In this document: piece by piece, positions 17,086 to 25,535 of the stretch | Numbering within the stretch: the first letter of the stretch is position 1 | Layout: each line of letters starts with the position of its first letter | The notes under the pieces: model-generated | Told to the model about the DNA's origin: nothing | The model's input: only the letters and a program-made list of their open reading frames with translations | Database searches by the model: none | Source: a virus | Taxonomy: Duplodnaviria > Caudoviricetes | Virus record (IMG/VR): IMGVR_UViG_3300028586_000745 | Coordinates: 1-46,139 of that record | DNA: 46,139 nucleotides | Reading direction: 5' to 3' (one strand) | Made by a program: the position numbers and the translations under genes

Positions 17086-17792
17086 TTGACCACAACGAAC
17101 GCGCCGCGGAAGCGCGTGCGCTTCGCCAGGCAGCCGCGGACGCACGCAGCATGCACGACCCGGTCCCGTCCGACTGCGAGGAGTGGGCGTCCTGGCTCGA
17201 AGCCCGCGCCGCACGGGTCGAGCAGGCCGCCAGCTCAGGGAGCATACCTCCGGACTCACCCGAGGCGAACGCCCGAGCGCAGGCAGAGGGGCAGACGATC
17301 GCCCTGCCGTCCGTGCAGCCGCCGACACGCGAGCAAGTCGCGGAAGCGATCAGGCGGTCCTACGACGCGCTCGTGCACCACGAGCACGAGCGCGCGCCAC
17401 TCGACGCCGACTACCGAGCAGCCGACGCCGTGCTCGCCCTGTTCCCGCAGCCGACCCCGAGCGCCGAGCCGGACACGCGCGCCATGCAGATGACGATGGC
17501 TGACTTGCTCAACCAGTGGGATGACGTGCGCCATCTGAATCGGTGTGCGATCAACGACTGGTGGTATCGGCGCACGTCCCGGCACTCGCTTGAACTTCAG
17601 CGCCTCGCCGCCGAGCCGGTGACGGTTGACCGTGACTCGCTCATGGCTGACTTGCTACGCCGTCGCGACAAGAACGGACACCTTACCATCCGGGACATAG
17701 AGCGAGCGTTCGGTGCCGCACCCAGCATCGACGAGACCGCGACCCGCGACGTCAACCCGCCGCCCGCGACACCGGAGGAGAGCGAACGATGA
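17082..17792 (+). CDS. Hypothetical mosaic protein
   Basis: RBS GGGAGG; coupled. Confidence 0.65.
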   Translation: MIDHNERAAEARALRQAAADARSMHDPVPSDCEEWASWLEARAARVEQAASSGSIPPDSPEANARAQAEGQTIALPSVQPPTREQVAEAIRRSYDALVHHEHERAPLDADYRAADAVLALFPQPTPSAEPDTRAMQMTMADLLNQWDDVRHLNRCAINDWWYRRTSRHSLELQRLAAEPVTVDRDSLMADLLRRRDKNGHLTIRDIERAFGAAPSIDETATRDVNPPPATPEESER

Positions 17793-20164
17793 GGCGAACC
17801 GGCTACAAGGTCGTCGATCAACGCACGGGCGATCGGGTCACGTCGGTCACCTACTTCACCGAGCAAGGAGCGTGGGACGACATCACGTCATGGCAGAACC
17901 GTCACGATCAGGGAAAGCGGCCTGACATCACCAGGGACATGCTCGTGAACATGACGGTCGTGCCGGAGGAGCGCGACCGTGGGTGAGCAGCACATCGAGC
18001 CGGTCGGCGTCGCGCAGATGGTCGACGGGTACATCAACAGCGAGCTCGAGGACGCGCACCGCTACGAGAACCGCGACGTCCTCGACGAGGAAGGCATCTA
18101 CGGTCTCCACGCCCTCGCCGCCCGCATCTACGCGCAGGGATTCGAGGACGGCCGCGGCGCGCAGTTCTGGAAGGAGCAAGCTCGCCGCGGCCGCGAGCGA
18201 GACGTACAGGCGCGATCCCGGGAGAAGGCCAGCGGTGACTGACGCCGACACCCTGCGTCGGGCGATGCTCGACGAAGCCACCCAGAACGGCCCAGCAGTC
18301 ACCCCGGCTGCTGGGCCGTCCCCATGGCGGTACCCGTACTGGCCCGCCCACGACATCGCCTACGAGGAGGAACCATGACCGCCACCAACCCGGCGCAGAA
18401 GTTCGTTCGCTACAGCACCCACGTCGACACGATCACAGCGGCGTGGGCGTTCGTGATGGAGCGGATGGACGAGTTCGTCCGCCCGACAATCCAGGTCGAA
18501 GCGTGCACAACCAACAGCGGCGACGACGGAGAGTGGGTCGACGGGTACGACGCAACCGTTTACGGCGACGTCACCGAAACGGAGGCGCACGCATGACCAA
18601 GCTCCCTGACGACGTGTTCCAGAAGCAGGTGTGGTGCTTCACGTGCCCAGCCCCGTCGTGCCGCCTGACCGAATACGGATTCGATGACCGTGAGGACGCC
18701 GACAACGCACTACGCGATCACCTGGTCGAGTGCCATGACTGAACGCGAGTACTCGCTGCAAGACCTCGGCGGGGGCCGCTACCGAGTCAGCGGCATTCGC
18801 ATCAGCCCTACCACCGGCCGCTACGTCACCCAGAAGGAGGAGGAGCGCCGTGAACGAGAACGCAACACCGAAGTGGCTGACACCGCCGACGAGGACTGAC
18901 CTCGAACGTTACCTAGCATCCATCGACGTGGCCGCCGAGGTCGAACAGGCGCGTGCGATCACCGCCGCGCCACGAAAGGAAGAGCGATGACCGCCCCCAC
19001 CCCTCCGCCAGACGCCGTAGAGGTAGGCGAGCTGAACATCATCTGCCCGGACTGCAAGCTCGCCGTGTCGCTTCCGGTTCATGCGTGGCTTCAGGACACG
19101 GACGGCCCCATTGAAGCCGCCGCATCTGTCGACGTGGACCCCATTTGGGAACACTCGCTACTCACACACCCGGAGGTACACCGATGACCGCCACCACCCC
19201 GGAGCAGTTGCGTGCACTGGCGGCACGGTTGAGGACTGAGCAACCCTCGCGGCAGGAACTCGAAGCTGCCCTCCGTACCGCCGCCGACCAACTCGAAGCG
19301 CTCGACATCGTGTCCCGTGGTCGGTCGGTAGTTCCGTACGAGACTGTCCGGGCAATCCTCACCTCAGAGGCCATCATCCTCACTGCCGACACCGCACCCC
19401 AGGAGAACGAAAGGACCGTGATGCGAGTTGAGGGACACCCACGAGTTGGGGACGTTTACGAGGGTAAGTACGGGGCCGCGAAGGGGAAGCGCATCCGGCT
19501 TGTGCGCTTCAACGACGCTCCGGCGCACCTGAACCGGTGGTTCGCAACACAGACGATCCACCACCCGTCATCCCCACGGATGATCGGCAGCACTGGCACA
19601 GTCGGCGTCCAGCAGCTCGAAGACCGCTGGCGACTCGTGAAGGCGGAGGCGTCGGATGACTGACCCGGTGGACACGGACGCGCTGAGGGCGATGGCGGCC
19701 GCCGGCGACTACAACATGGGGCCGTTCGCCGTTGCGGCCGCTGACGAGGTGGACCGGCTGCGGGAGGCGCAGGGCGGTGAAGCGTGGTTCCACAAGGCCA
19801 TGGAAGCGCGGACCGAACGGAACCGACTGCGCACCGTGATCGAGAACGCTCCGCACGCAGCAGAATGTGAGCAGTGGGACCTGGAACCACGAACCGGACA
19901 CGCCCTCTCCGAGCACTGCACCTGCTGGAAGGCGGGCGTGCTGTGAGTCATCCAATCGAGCCAGGCACCGTGATCACCGGCTACTGCGGTGGGGTGTTCG
20001 GACGAGACTCCTACGGCGAACACCTCTGCGTCGACAGCGGCTACGACAGCGGCGAACCCTGGGCTGTGTTCCGTGAACTAGACGGGTGGAAGACCTGGAA
20101 GGCTCTCCACGGCGAAGACGTCACCAGCCTTCGCTCTGACCCGGAAGAGGACAACGATGGCTGA
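17789..20164 (+). other. Run of ~11 small coupled hypothetical ORFs (17789-17986, 17979-18242, 18235-18378, 18375-18596, 18593-18742, 18735-18899, 18850-18990, 18987-19187, 19184-19663, 19656-19946, 19943-20164)
   Basis: Successive ATGA/GTGA overlaps with GGAG-type RBSs; several CxxC zinc motifs. Confidence 0.6.
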
Positions 20165-20205
20165 CTGGCCACCGTCGGCACTAGGACACGCCGTAGCCAG
20201 CCTCC

Positions 20206-20234
20206 TTGACACAATCAGGGGTGGCGAATACGGT
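20206..20234 (+). promoter_or_regulatory. Sigma-A-like promoter (candidate late promoter)
   Basis: TTGACA(20206-11)-17 nt-TACGGT(20229-34); GACAC motifs just upstream and over the -35. Confidence 0.65.
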
Positions 20235-20283
20235 TGAGCCGTAGGCAAGTGGTGACGAACCGCTTGCCTTTCGTGCTTTCTAC

Positions 20284-20323
20284 GGGAAGGGCCCTCGCTT
20301 CAGTGAGGGCCCTTTTCGTGTTT
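20284..20323 (+). terminator. Intrinsic terminator ~45-80 nt downstream of the promoter
   Basis: GGGAAGGGCCCTCGC-TTCA-GTGAGGGCCCTTTTC, followed by GTGTTT. Confidence 0.75.
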
Positions 20324-20329
20324 CAGCAC

Positions 20330-21050
20330 ACCAGTGCCCCGAGGAGCGGATCGGGTACCGGCGCCGACCATGACGGCGCGCACTGCACACGAGCTCGTTC
20401 GCCGGAGACGCATACGGCCCCCACACTTCCGCATGGTTCGGGAGGACGCTCATGCGTCAAAGGTTCCTGATCGCCGACAAGACCGGTTGAGCCGGTCTTC
20501 CACGTACAGCTACGGGGATAGGTGGTCAGGTCATCGCTCGCAGTCGCCTTTGCCGGTTCGGCGCTGCGTTCCAGTAGACCGGCTGAGCGGTTTCATGCAG
20601 TGGCCCGCCAGGCGAATCCAAGCAAAGCTGCCGCCCGCCGACGAGTGGGCGTAGGAGACAAGCGAGACGGTGCTGCCGCCGATCAGTCGTTCAGTCGACG
20701 TCGCCCTCCACGCCCACTCGATCGTGCTCCCACGCTTCCCCGGCCCGCCGGCCAACCATCACCAGCAACGCCGCCGCCGACGCACCACTGAGTGCGAGAG
20801 CCGGTCGCGAGCACCCTCAAGTGCGGCGCTGAGTTCGGGGAACACCTTCCCTCGTCGAGACGTGTTCGGGTCACAGCCCGACGAGGACCACTCAGGCCGA
20901 GACCCCCGAGGGAAGCCGCGCTGACATGCGGACCCCGGACGGACCGGCCGACCACTTGCGGGGACGTCAACGCGGACAGCCATAGGGCCGCGAAGGACGC
21001 CCAAGACGGCGTACGCCCCCAACGCCCAGACGCACCTGCGTCCTCGCACC
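20330..21050 (+). ncRNA. Putative large structured non-coding RNA region
   Basis: No convincing ORF over ~750 nt; many nested 6-11 bp helices and three-way junctions. Confidence 0.5.
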
Positions 21051-21069
21051 CTTCACCGGAGAGGCTGCC

Positions 21070-21216
21070 ATGCGATTCCCCGTCGGATCCACCGCCATCC
21101 TCCGCGAGCAGGTGTGGGCCGTCGTTGCCGTGCGTAACGGCACACGCCAACTCAAGTCGCTCGACGGCAAGCGCACCGCGTACGAAGCCGCAGACCGGCT
21201 TCGACCCGCGCCGTGA
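21070..21216 (+). CDS. 48-aa hypothetical protein (MRFPVGSTAILREQ...)
   Basis: RBS GGAGAGG 21058-64; GTGA-coupled to the next gene; below the ORF-track size cutoff. Confidence 0.6.
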   Translation: MRFPVGSTAILREQVWAVVAVRNGTRQLKSLDGKRTAYEAADRLRPAP

Positions 21217-21635
21217 TCATCGCCCGCTTTCGCGTCGCCACCTGTGCGACCGGAAAGCGCCGGCAGGTCTACGTGCACGTCTACGACGACCGCCTCGACA
21301 TGGCCCGAGCACACGCGGCCGCACGGCGTAAGCCCTTCGATGAGGCCAGCACCGTACTCGGCGGAGTTGCCATCCAGCAGGGGTACCGCTGGCCCAGTCC
21401 CGATGTCACCCCACCCGTCGTCATGCGACTCTGCACCGACCACCTCACCAGCAACGTCATCGCTCACGAGGCCGTGCACTGCGCCACGTCGTTCTACTTC
21501 ATGGACTGCGTCCCCGGGTGGGAGAGCCGAGCGCGCACCACGTACATCGGCGACCACGAACCCCTCGCGTACTGCGTCGGCGAGATCACCTCGGACGTGA
21601 TCGCAGGGTTGCACCGACGCGGACTGGTCACATGA
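21213..21635 (+). CDS. Zincin-like HExxH protein
   Basis: NVIAHEAVHCA...HEPLAY. Confidence 0.65.
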   Translation: MIIARFRVATCATGKRRQVYVHVYDDRLDMARAHAAARRKPFDEASTVLGGVAIQQGYRWPSPDVTPPVVMRLCTDHLTSNVIAHEAVHCATSFYFMDCVPGWESRARTTYIGDHEPLAYCVGEITSDVIAGLHRRGLVT

Positions 21636-21763
21636 CCACCGACGACCTCAGCGCCCACAGGACACGGACGAACCGTCGCCCCGAACCGCAGCACGAATCG
21701 GCACCAGCCGCCCTCGTCGCTGCAGTCGACGCCGTGTACGAAGCTCTCGAAGACCGACACTAG
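21632..21763 (+). CDS. Hypothetical protein
   Basis: ATGA coupling. Confidence 0.45.
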   Translation: MTTDDLSAHRTRTNRRPEPQHESAPAALVAAVDAVYEALEDRH

Positions 21764-21776
21764 GCAGGAGCGCAGC

Positions 21777-21929
21777 ATGCGTCCCACCAGCCACGTCGAC
21801 TACCTGCTGCCCTGGCCACTCCGCCCCATCCGCTGCCTCCTCCACCGACACATGTGGTGCCTGCACCCCGAAGGGCGCGGCTGGTGGTACTGCCGACTCT
21901 GCGGCGCCGAGAAGCAAACCGCGATCTGA
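21777..21929 (+). CDS. 50-aa zinc-finger-like protein
   Basis: RBS AGGAG; CLLHRH.W...CRLCG. Confidence 0.6.
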   Translation: MRPTSHVDYLLPWPLRPIRCLLHRHMWCLHPEGRGWWYCRLCGAEKQTAI

Positions 21930-21930
21930 C

Positions 21931-22242
21931 ATGCGGGTCTGCTCAACCCCCGGCTGCCCGACACTCATCCCCACCTCCGGCCGTTGCCCCGTGCACGCAC
22001 GAGCACACGACCAAGCACGAGGGTCACGGCAGTCACGTGGGTACGACGCCAAGCACGACCGACTCCGACGCGAGTGGGCACCACTCGTCGCAGACGGCAC
22101 CATCCAATGCGCACGCTGCGACCGGTACATCAACACCGGGGAACCCTGGGCGCTCGACCACAACGACGACCGCACCAGCTACCTCGGCCCAAGCCACACA
22201 CGCTGCAACAACAGCGCAGGCGGAAAGGCAGCACACCGATGA
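21931..22242 (+). CDS. Terminase-associated HNH-type endonuclease
   Basis: C..PGCP...RC..H, RGY...H..LR, CARC...W.LDH...H..CN; position before cos/terS. Confidence 0.8.
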   Translation: MRVCSTPGCPTLIPTSGRCPVHARAHDQARGSRQSRGYDAKHDRLRREWAPLVADGTIQCARCDRYINTGEPWALDHNDDRTSYLGPSHTRCNNSAGGKAAHR

Positions 22243-22433
22243 AGCAAAGCGAACACCTCGAAGCCATCGCCGAAGTCGGGGAACGGTACGAGGCACGCAT
22301 CCGCAACCAGGTCGCCGCCATCAACCGCATCCTCCCCGGCGGCACCTACGACACCGAGATGCAGGCACTGCACGAACAACTCGCAGCAGTCACCACTGAA
22401 CGCGACCGCCTACTCCGCGAAGCCCAAGGCTGA
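22239..22433 (+). CDS. Hypothetical coiled-coil protein
   Basis: ATGA coupling. Confidence 0.55.
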   Translation: MKQSEHLEAIAEVGERYEARIRNQVAAINRILPGGTYDTEMQALHEQLAAVTTERDRLLREAQG

Positions 22434-22456
22434 CCACCCAACACCAAACAGAGAAA

Positions 22457-22507
22457 CCCCGGCGCTGCGCTAACAGCCCGGGGCACGACCGACTCGTGAA
22501 GGAGTCG
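22457..22507 (+). promoter_or_regulatory. Structured leader of the HNH gene with RBS-sequestering hairpin
   Basis: CCCCGG/CCGGGG stem with inner GCTG/CAGC; CGACTC(22490-95)/GAGTCG(22502-07) occludes AAGGAG. Confidence 0.6.
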
Positions 22508-22509
22508 AC

Positions 22510-23316
22510 ATGGCCCATGGTACCCAAGGCAGCACCACCAAGCAGTGCAACACGGACGGATGCGACAAGCTCGTCCGAGCACGCGGACTCTGCGTCACTC
22601 ACTACAACCGACTCACCCAGCCCAACAGACACTCCCCGAAGAGGGCCACCTGCTTCGTCTGTGGTGCTACCTGCTCCCGAACCGGGGGTGGCGGACGCAA
22701 GTACGGCGCCACGTGCAGCATCGAGTGCCGACGCGTCCTGACGTTCGGTTGGTCCGAGCCACTGCCAGCAGACCACATGGCCCGATGGGTCGGACGCACC
22801 TGCACCTGGAAGCCACCGGCACAACCGAAGCAACCAGCCGCTCGCTTCACAGCAGGACAGTGCAGCGACTGCGGTACCTGGTACACAGCCGAAGCCTGCG
22901 GATCACCAGTCAAGTACTGCTCTACCGCCTGCTCACGCCGCACCGCACGACGGACACGGCGAGCACTCGAGCACAACGCGACAGGGACCTTCCGATACAC
23001 CGACGTACTGCAGCTGTTCATCGCGAACGGACGACGCTGCGCCTACTGCGACCAACCAGTCAACGGACTACCCGACCCCGAGCACGTGATGCCGTTGTCA
23101 CGAGGTGGAAGCAACGACGCAACCAACCTCGTAGCCTCCTGCCGCCGATGCAACACCGACAAGGGCGACCTCACCCTCGAAGAGTGGGCAGCCTCCCGAC
23201 ACCAGAGAGACCTACCACCCGTCCTCACGCCGGCAACTGCCACCGACGGACGGTTCAAGCACCTCATCATTGCCACCCCAAGCCGATCGGCCTGGCGAAA
23301 CCGCACCGCCAGCTGA
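22510..23316 (+). CDS. Free-standing HNH endonuclease with multiple zinc fingers (homing-endonuclease-like)
   Basis: CAYC...EHVMPLSRGGSN..NLV.SC..CN..K HNH core; CxxxGC..CxxH and two CxxC...CS..C modules. Confidence 0.88.
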   Translation: MAHGTQGSTTKQCNTDGCDKLVRARGLCVTHYNRLTQPNRHSPKRATCFVCGATCSRTGGGGRKYGATCSIECRRVLTFGWSEPLPADHMARWVGRTCTWKPPAQPKQPAARFTAGQCSDCGTWYTAEACGSPVKYCSTACSRRTARRTRRALEHNATGTFRYTDVLQLFIANGRRCAYCDQPVNGLPDPEHVMPLSRGGSNDATNLVASCRRCNTDKGDLTLEEWAASRHQRDLPPVLTPATATDGRFKHLIIATPSRSAWRNRTAS

Positions 23317-23360
23317 CCCCCCAGGGGACCTCTCCTCTCCCCCCACCCAGGGGCCCGGAC

Positions 23361-23370
23361 CGCCGGGGAG
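23361..23370. other. Candidate cos (cohesive end) site CGCCGGGGA(G)
   Basis: Between HNH and terS at an abrupt C/A-rich to G/T-rich strand switch; resembles CGCCGGnGA 3' overhangs recalled from actinophages. Confidence 0.5.
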
Positions 23371-23430
23371 GGCACCCTGTGGTCCGTCAGGTTCAAAGTG
23401 TTGCGGATCCGCCACTGGAGGGGGTTTCTG

Positions 23431-23895
23431 ATGCCCAGTGGTGGTGCTCGTGCTCGTTCTGGTCCGCCTGCTGATCCGACTGCGCTTCGGCGGGATCGGA
23501 AGGATGATGCGGGTTGGGTGGTACTGCCGGCGGCGGGTTTCGCTGGTTCGGTTCCTGACTTCCCCCTGCCGGCTGCGCTCGACGCTGAGGTTGACCTGTG
23601 GGAGAAGCTGTGGCGGAAGCCGCAGGGTGAGATGTGGTCGCAGCATGGTCTCGAGTTCGAGGTCGCTGCGTACGTGCGGGCTTTCATCGAGTCTGTGCAG
23701 CCGGAGGCGACCGCTGGTTTGAAGACGGCGGTGCTGCGGATGGCCGCGGAGATCGGGCTTTCGCTTCCGGGGATGCATGGTCTCAGGTGGAAGATCGCCG
23801 AGAGCGTTGCGGACACCGCGCGGCCTGCTCCGGAGCGGAAGTCGTCTTCGTCGAGGGCGAGGCTGAGGGCGGTTCCGAATGTCGGGAGCGAGTGA
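23431..23895 (+). CDS. Terminase small subunit
   Basis: MPSGGARARSGP.P, W..LW..PQ...W, IGL motifs; RBS GGAGG; precedes terL. Confidence 0.8.
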   Translation: MPSGGARARSGPPADPTALRRDRKDDAGWVVLPAAGFAGSVPDFPLPAALDAEVDLWEKLWRKPQGEMWSQHGLEFEVAAYVRAFIESVQPEATAGLKTAVLRMAAEIGLSLPGMHGLRWKIAESVADTARPAPERKSSSSRARLRAVPNVGSE

Positions 23896-24940
23896 CTTCG
23901 TAGTCGACTTCCCGACGCTGGGCTTCCTCGCGGCTGACTGGATCGAGTGGCACTGTCCGATCCCGGATGGATTCCATCAGGGCAAGCCGTACGTGATGGC
24001 CGACTGGCAGCTGTGGTGCACGGCGAACCACTACCGGGTCAAGAAGGATGCCCTGTGGGTGCCTGACAACCCGGTGCGTGGTCCGGCTTTCTACTACCGC
24101 CGGTCGCTCGTCGTGGCGCCGCAGAAGACCGGCAAGGGCCCCTGGACAGCGTCGCAAGCTCTACTCGAGGGCCGCGGTCCGGTCCTGTTCGCAGGGTGGG
24201 CGCGCGGTGGTGAGACGTACGACTGCCGGGATCATGGTTGCGGTTGCGGGTTCGTGTACGAGTACGAGCCTGGTGAGCCGATGGGGATGCCCTGGCCGAC
24301 GCCGCTGATCCAGATCATGGCGACGTCCGAGGATCAGGTCGACAACATCTGGCGCCCGCTGACCGCGATGGTGAAGAACGGCCCGCTCAGTGAGACGGTG
24401 AAGGCCGGCGAGGAGTTCCTGCGGTTGCCAAACAACGGCCGCGTGGACAAGATCACCTCGAGCGCGCTCAGCCGTCTGGGTAACCCGATCACTGCCTGCT
24501 TCCAGGACGAGAACGGGACGTACACGAAGTCGAACGGGCTGACGAAGACAGCTCGGACGATGCGTCGTGGCGTCGCGGGAATGTCGGGGCGGTCGAACGC
24601 GACCACGAACGCGTGGGATCCGTCAGAGAAGTCTGACGCGCAGGAGACGTACGAGCTCCACCCGAAGGACGTGTTCATCTTCTTCCGGCAGCCGCCGGAG
24701 TCGCTGAAGTTCAAGCGCAAGGCCGATCGCCGGAAGGTCCTCGAGCACGTCTACGAGGGGTCCTGGTGGGTGGACCTCGATTCGATCGAGGCGGAAGCCG
24801 CCGAGCTGATGCAGCTTGACCCTGGCGAGGCCGAACGCTTCTACGGCAACCGTCTCGTTCAGGGGCAGGGGACGTGGCTGCCACGAGAACTGTGGGAGAA
24901 CGCCTATGCCGGAGATGGTCTGGCTGCCGAATCCGCCTGA
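23879..24940 (+). CDS. Terminase large subunit, ATPase domain
   Basis: Walker A-like APQKTGKG, ATSEDQ, QDE Walker B, TTNAWDP, ERFYGN. Confidence 0.88.
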   Translation: MSGASDFVVDFPTLGFLAADWIEWHCPIPDGFHQGKPYVMADWQLWCTANHYRVKKDALWVPDNPVRGPAFYYRRSLVVAPQKTGKGPWTASQALLEGRGPVLFAGWARGGETYDCRDHGCGCGFVYEYEPGEPMGMPWPTPLIQIMATSEDQVDNIWRPLTAMVKNGPLSETVKAGEEFLRLPNNGRVDKITSSALSRLGNPITACFQDENGTYTKSNGLTKTARTMRRGVAGMSGRSNATTNAWDPSEKSDAQETYELHPKDVFIFFRQPPESLKFKRKADRRKVLEHVYEGSWWVDLDSIEAEAAELMQLDPGEAERFYGNRLVQGQGTWLPRELWENAYAGDGLAAESA

Positions 24941-25520
24941 CGGGACCGACGTCTGCTTGGGCTTCGACGGCAGCAAGAACAATGACTGGAGCGCGATCGC
25001 CGGAGAGACGATCGACGGGTTCTCGTTCACGCCTCGCTGGGGTGACGACCAGATTCCGACGGTCTGGGACCCGGCGAACAGCAACGGCAGGATCCCGCAT
25101 GGCGAGGTCGCTGTCGCGATCGAGGAGCTGTTCCGGCGGTACAAGGTCAAGCGGTTCTACTGCGACCCGCAGGACTGGGAAACGGACATCGAGACGTGGG
25201 CACTTGCCTACGGAGTAGAGACCGTCATCGTGTGGCCGACCAACGTCGTGTCACGGATGCATCCGGAGCTCGTTCGGTTCGAGGAAGACCTCATCGAGAA
25301 CCGAATCAGGCACGACGGTTGCCCGATCACTGTCGGCGCCGCGGCGAATGCGCGCAAGAAGCCGCAGCCGGGGCAGCGGTTCACGATCGAGAAGCCGAAC
25401 GAGCACCAGAAGATCGACGCGCTGATGGCGCGCGTCCTCGCCCACACTGCCGCACGCGATTCGATCGCTGCGGGTTGGACGGCCGCGAAGGCCCGAAGCA
25501 AGGTCCGCGTCTGGCGGTGA
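24906..25520 (+). CDS. Terminase large subunit, nuclease domain (separate ORF)
   Basis: CLGFDGS..ND.SA, YCDP..W, KID RNase H-like motifs; own GGGAG RBS. Confidence 0.88.
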   Translation: MPEMVWLPNPPDGTDVCLGFDGSKNNDWSAIAGETIDGFSFTPRWGDDQIPTVWDPANSNGRIPHGEVAVAIEELFRRYKVKRFYCDPQDWETDIETWALAYGVETVIVWPTNVVSRMHPELVRFEEDLIENRIRHDGCPITVGAAANARKKPQPGQRFTIEKPNEHQKIDALMARVLAHTAARDSIAAGWTAAKARSKVRVWR

Positions 25521-25535
25521 ATGAAGGGAGTCCTC

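Noticed and set aside
17497-17656. 14-bp direct repeat ATGGCTGACTTGCT inside ORF 17082-17792
   Set aside because: Two in-frame copies (MADLL); most simply a module-shuffling scar
20330-21050. Self-cleaving ribozyme (hammerhead, HDV-like, pistol) feeding RtcB
   Set aside because: No CTGANGA core on either strand. The HDV-like candidate at 20552-20609 has a 5-nt L3 and no P1.1 GG; the pistol-like hairpin near 20971-92 lacks the conserved junction. A novel ribozyme is not excluded.
20234-21331. Track ORFs 20234-20470, 20334-20654, 20522-20791, 20670-20924, 20792-21331
   Set aside because: No RBSs, Arg/Pro/Ser-rich shadow composition, overlap terminator and helices
22434-23316. IscB/HEARO-type RNA-guided nuclease or group I intron
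   Set aside because: No RuvC motifs or PLMP start, leader only ~75 nt, no interrupted gene or intron core visible
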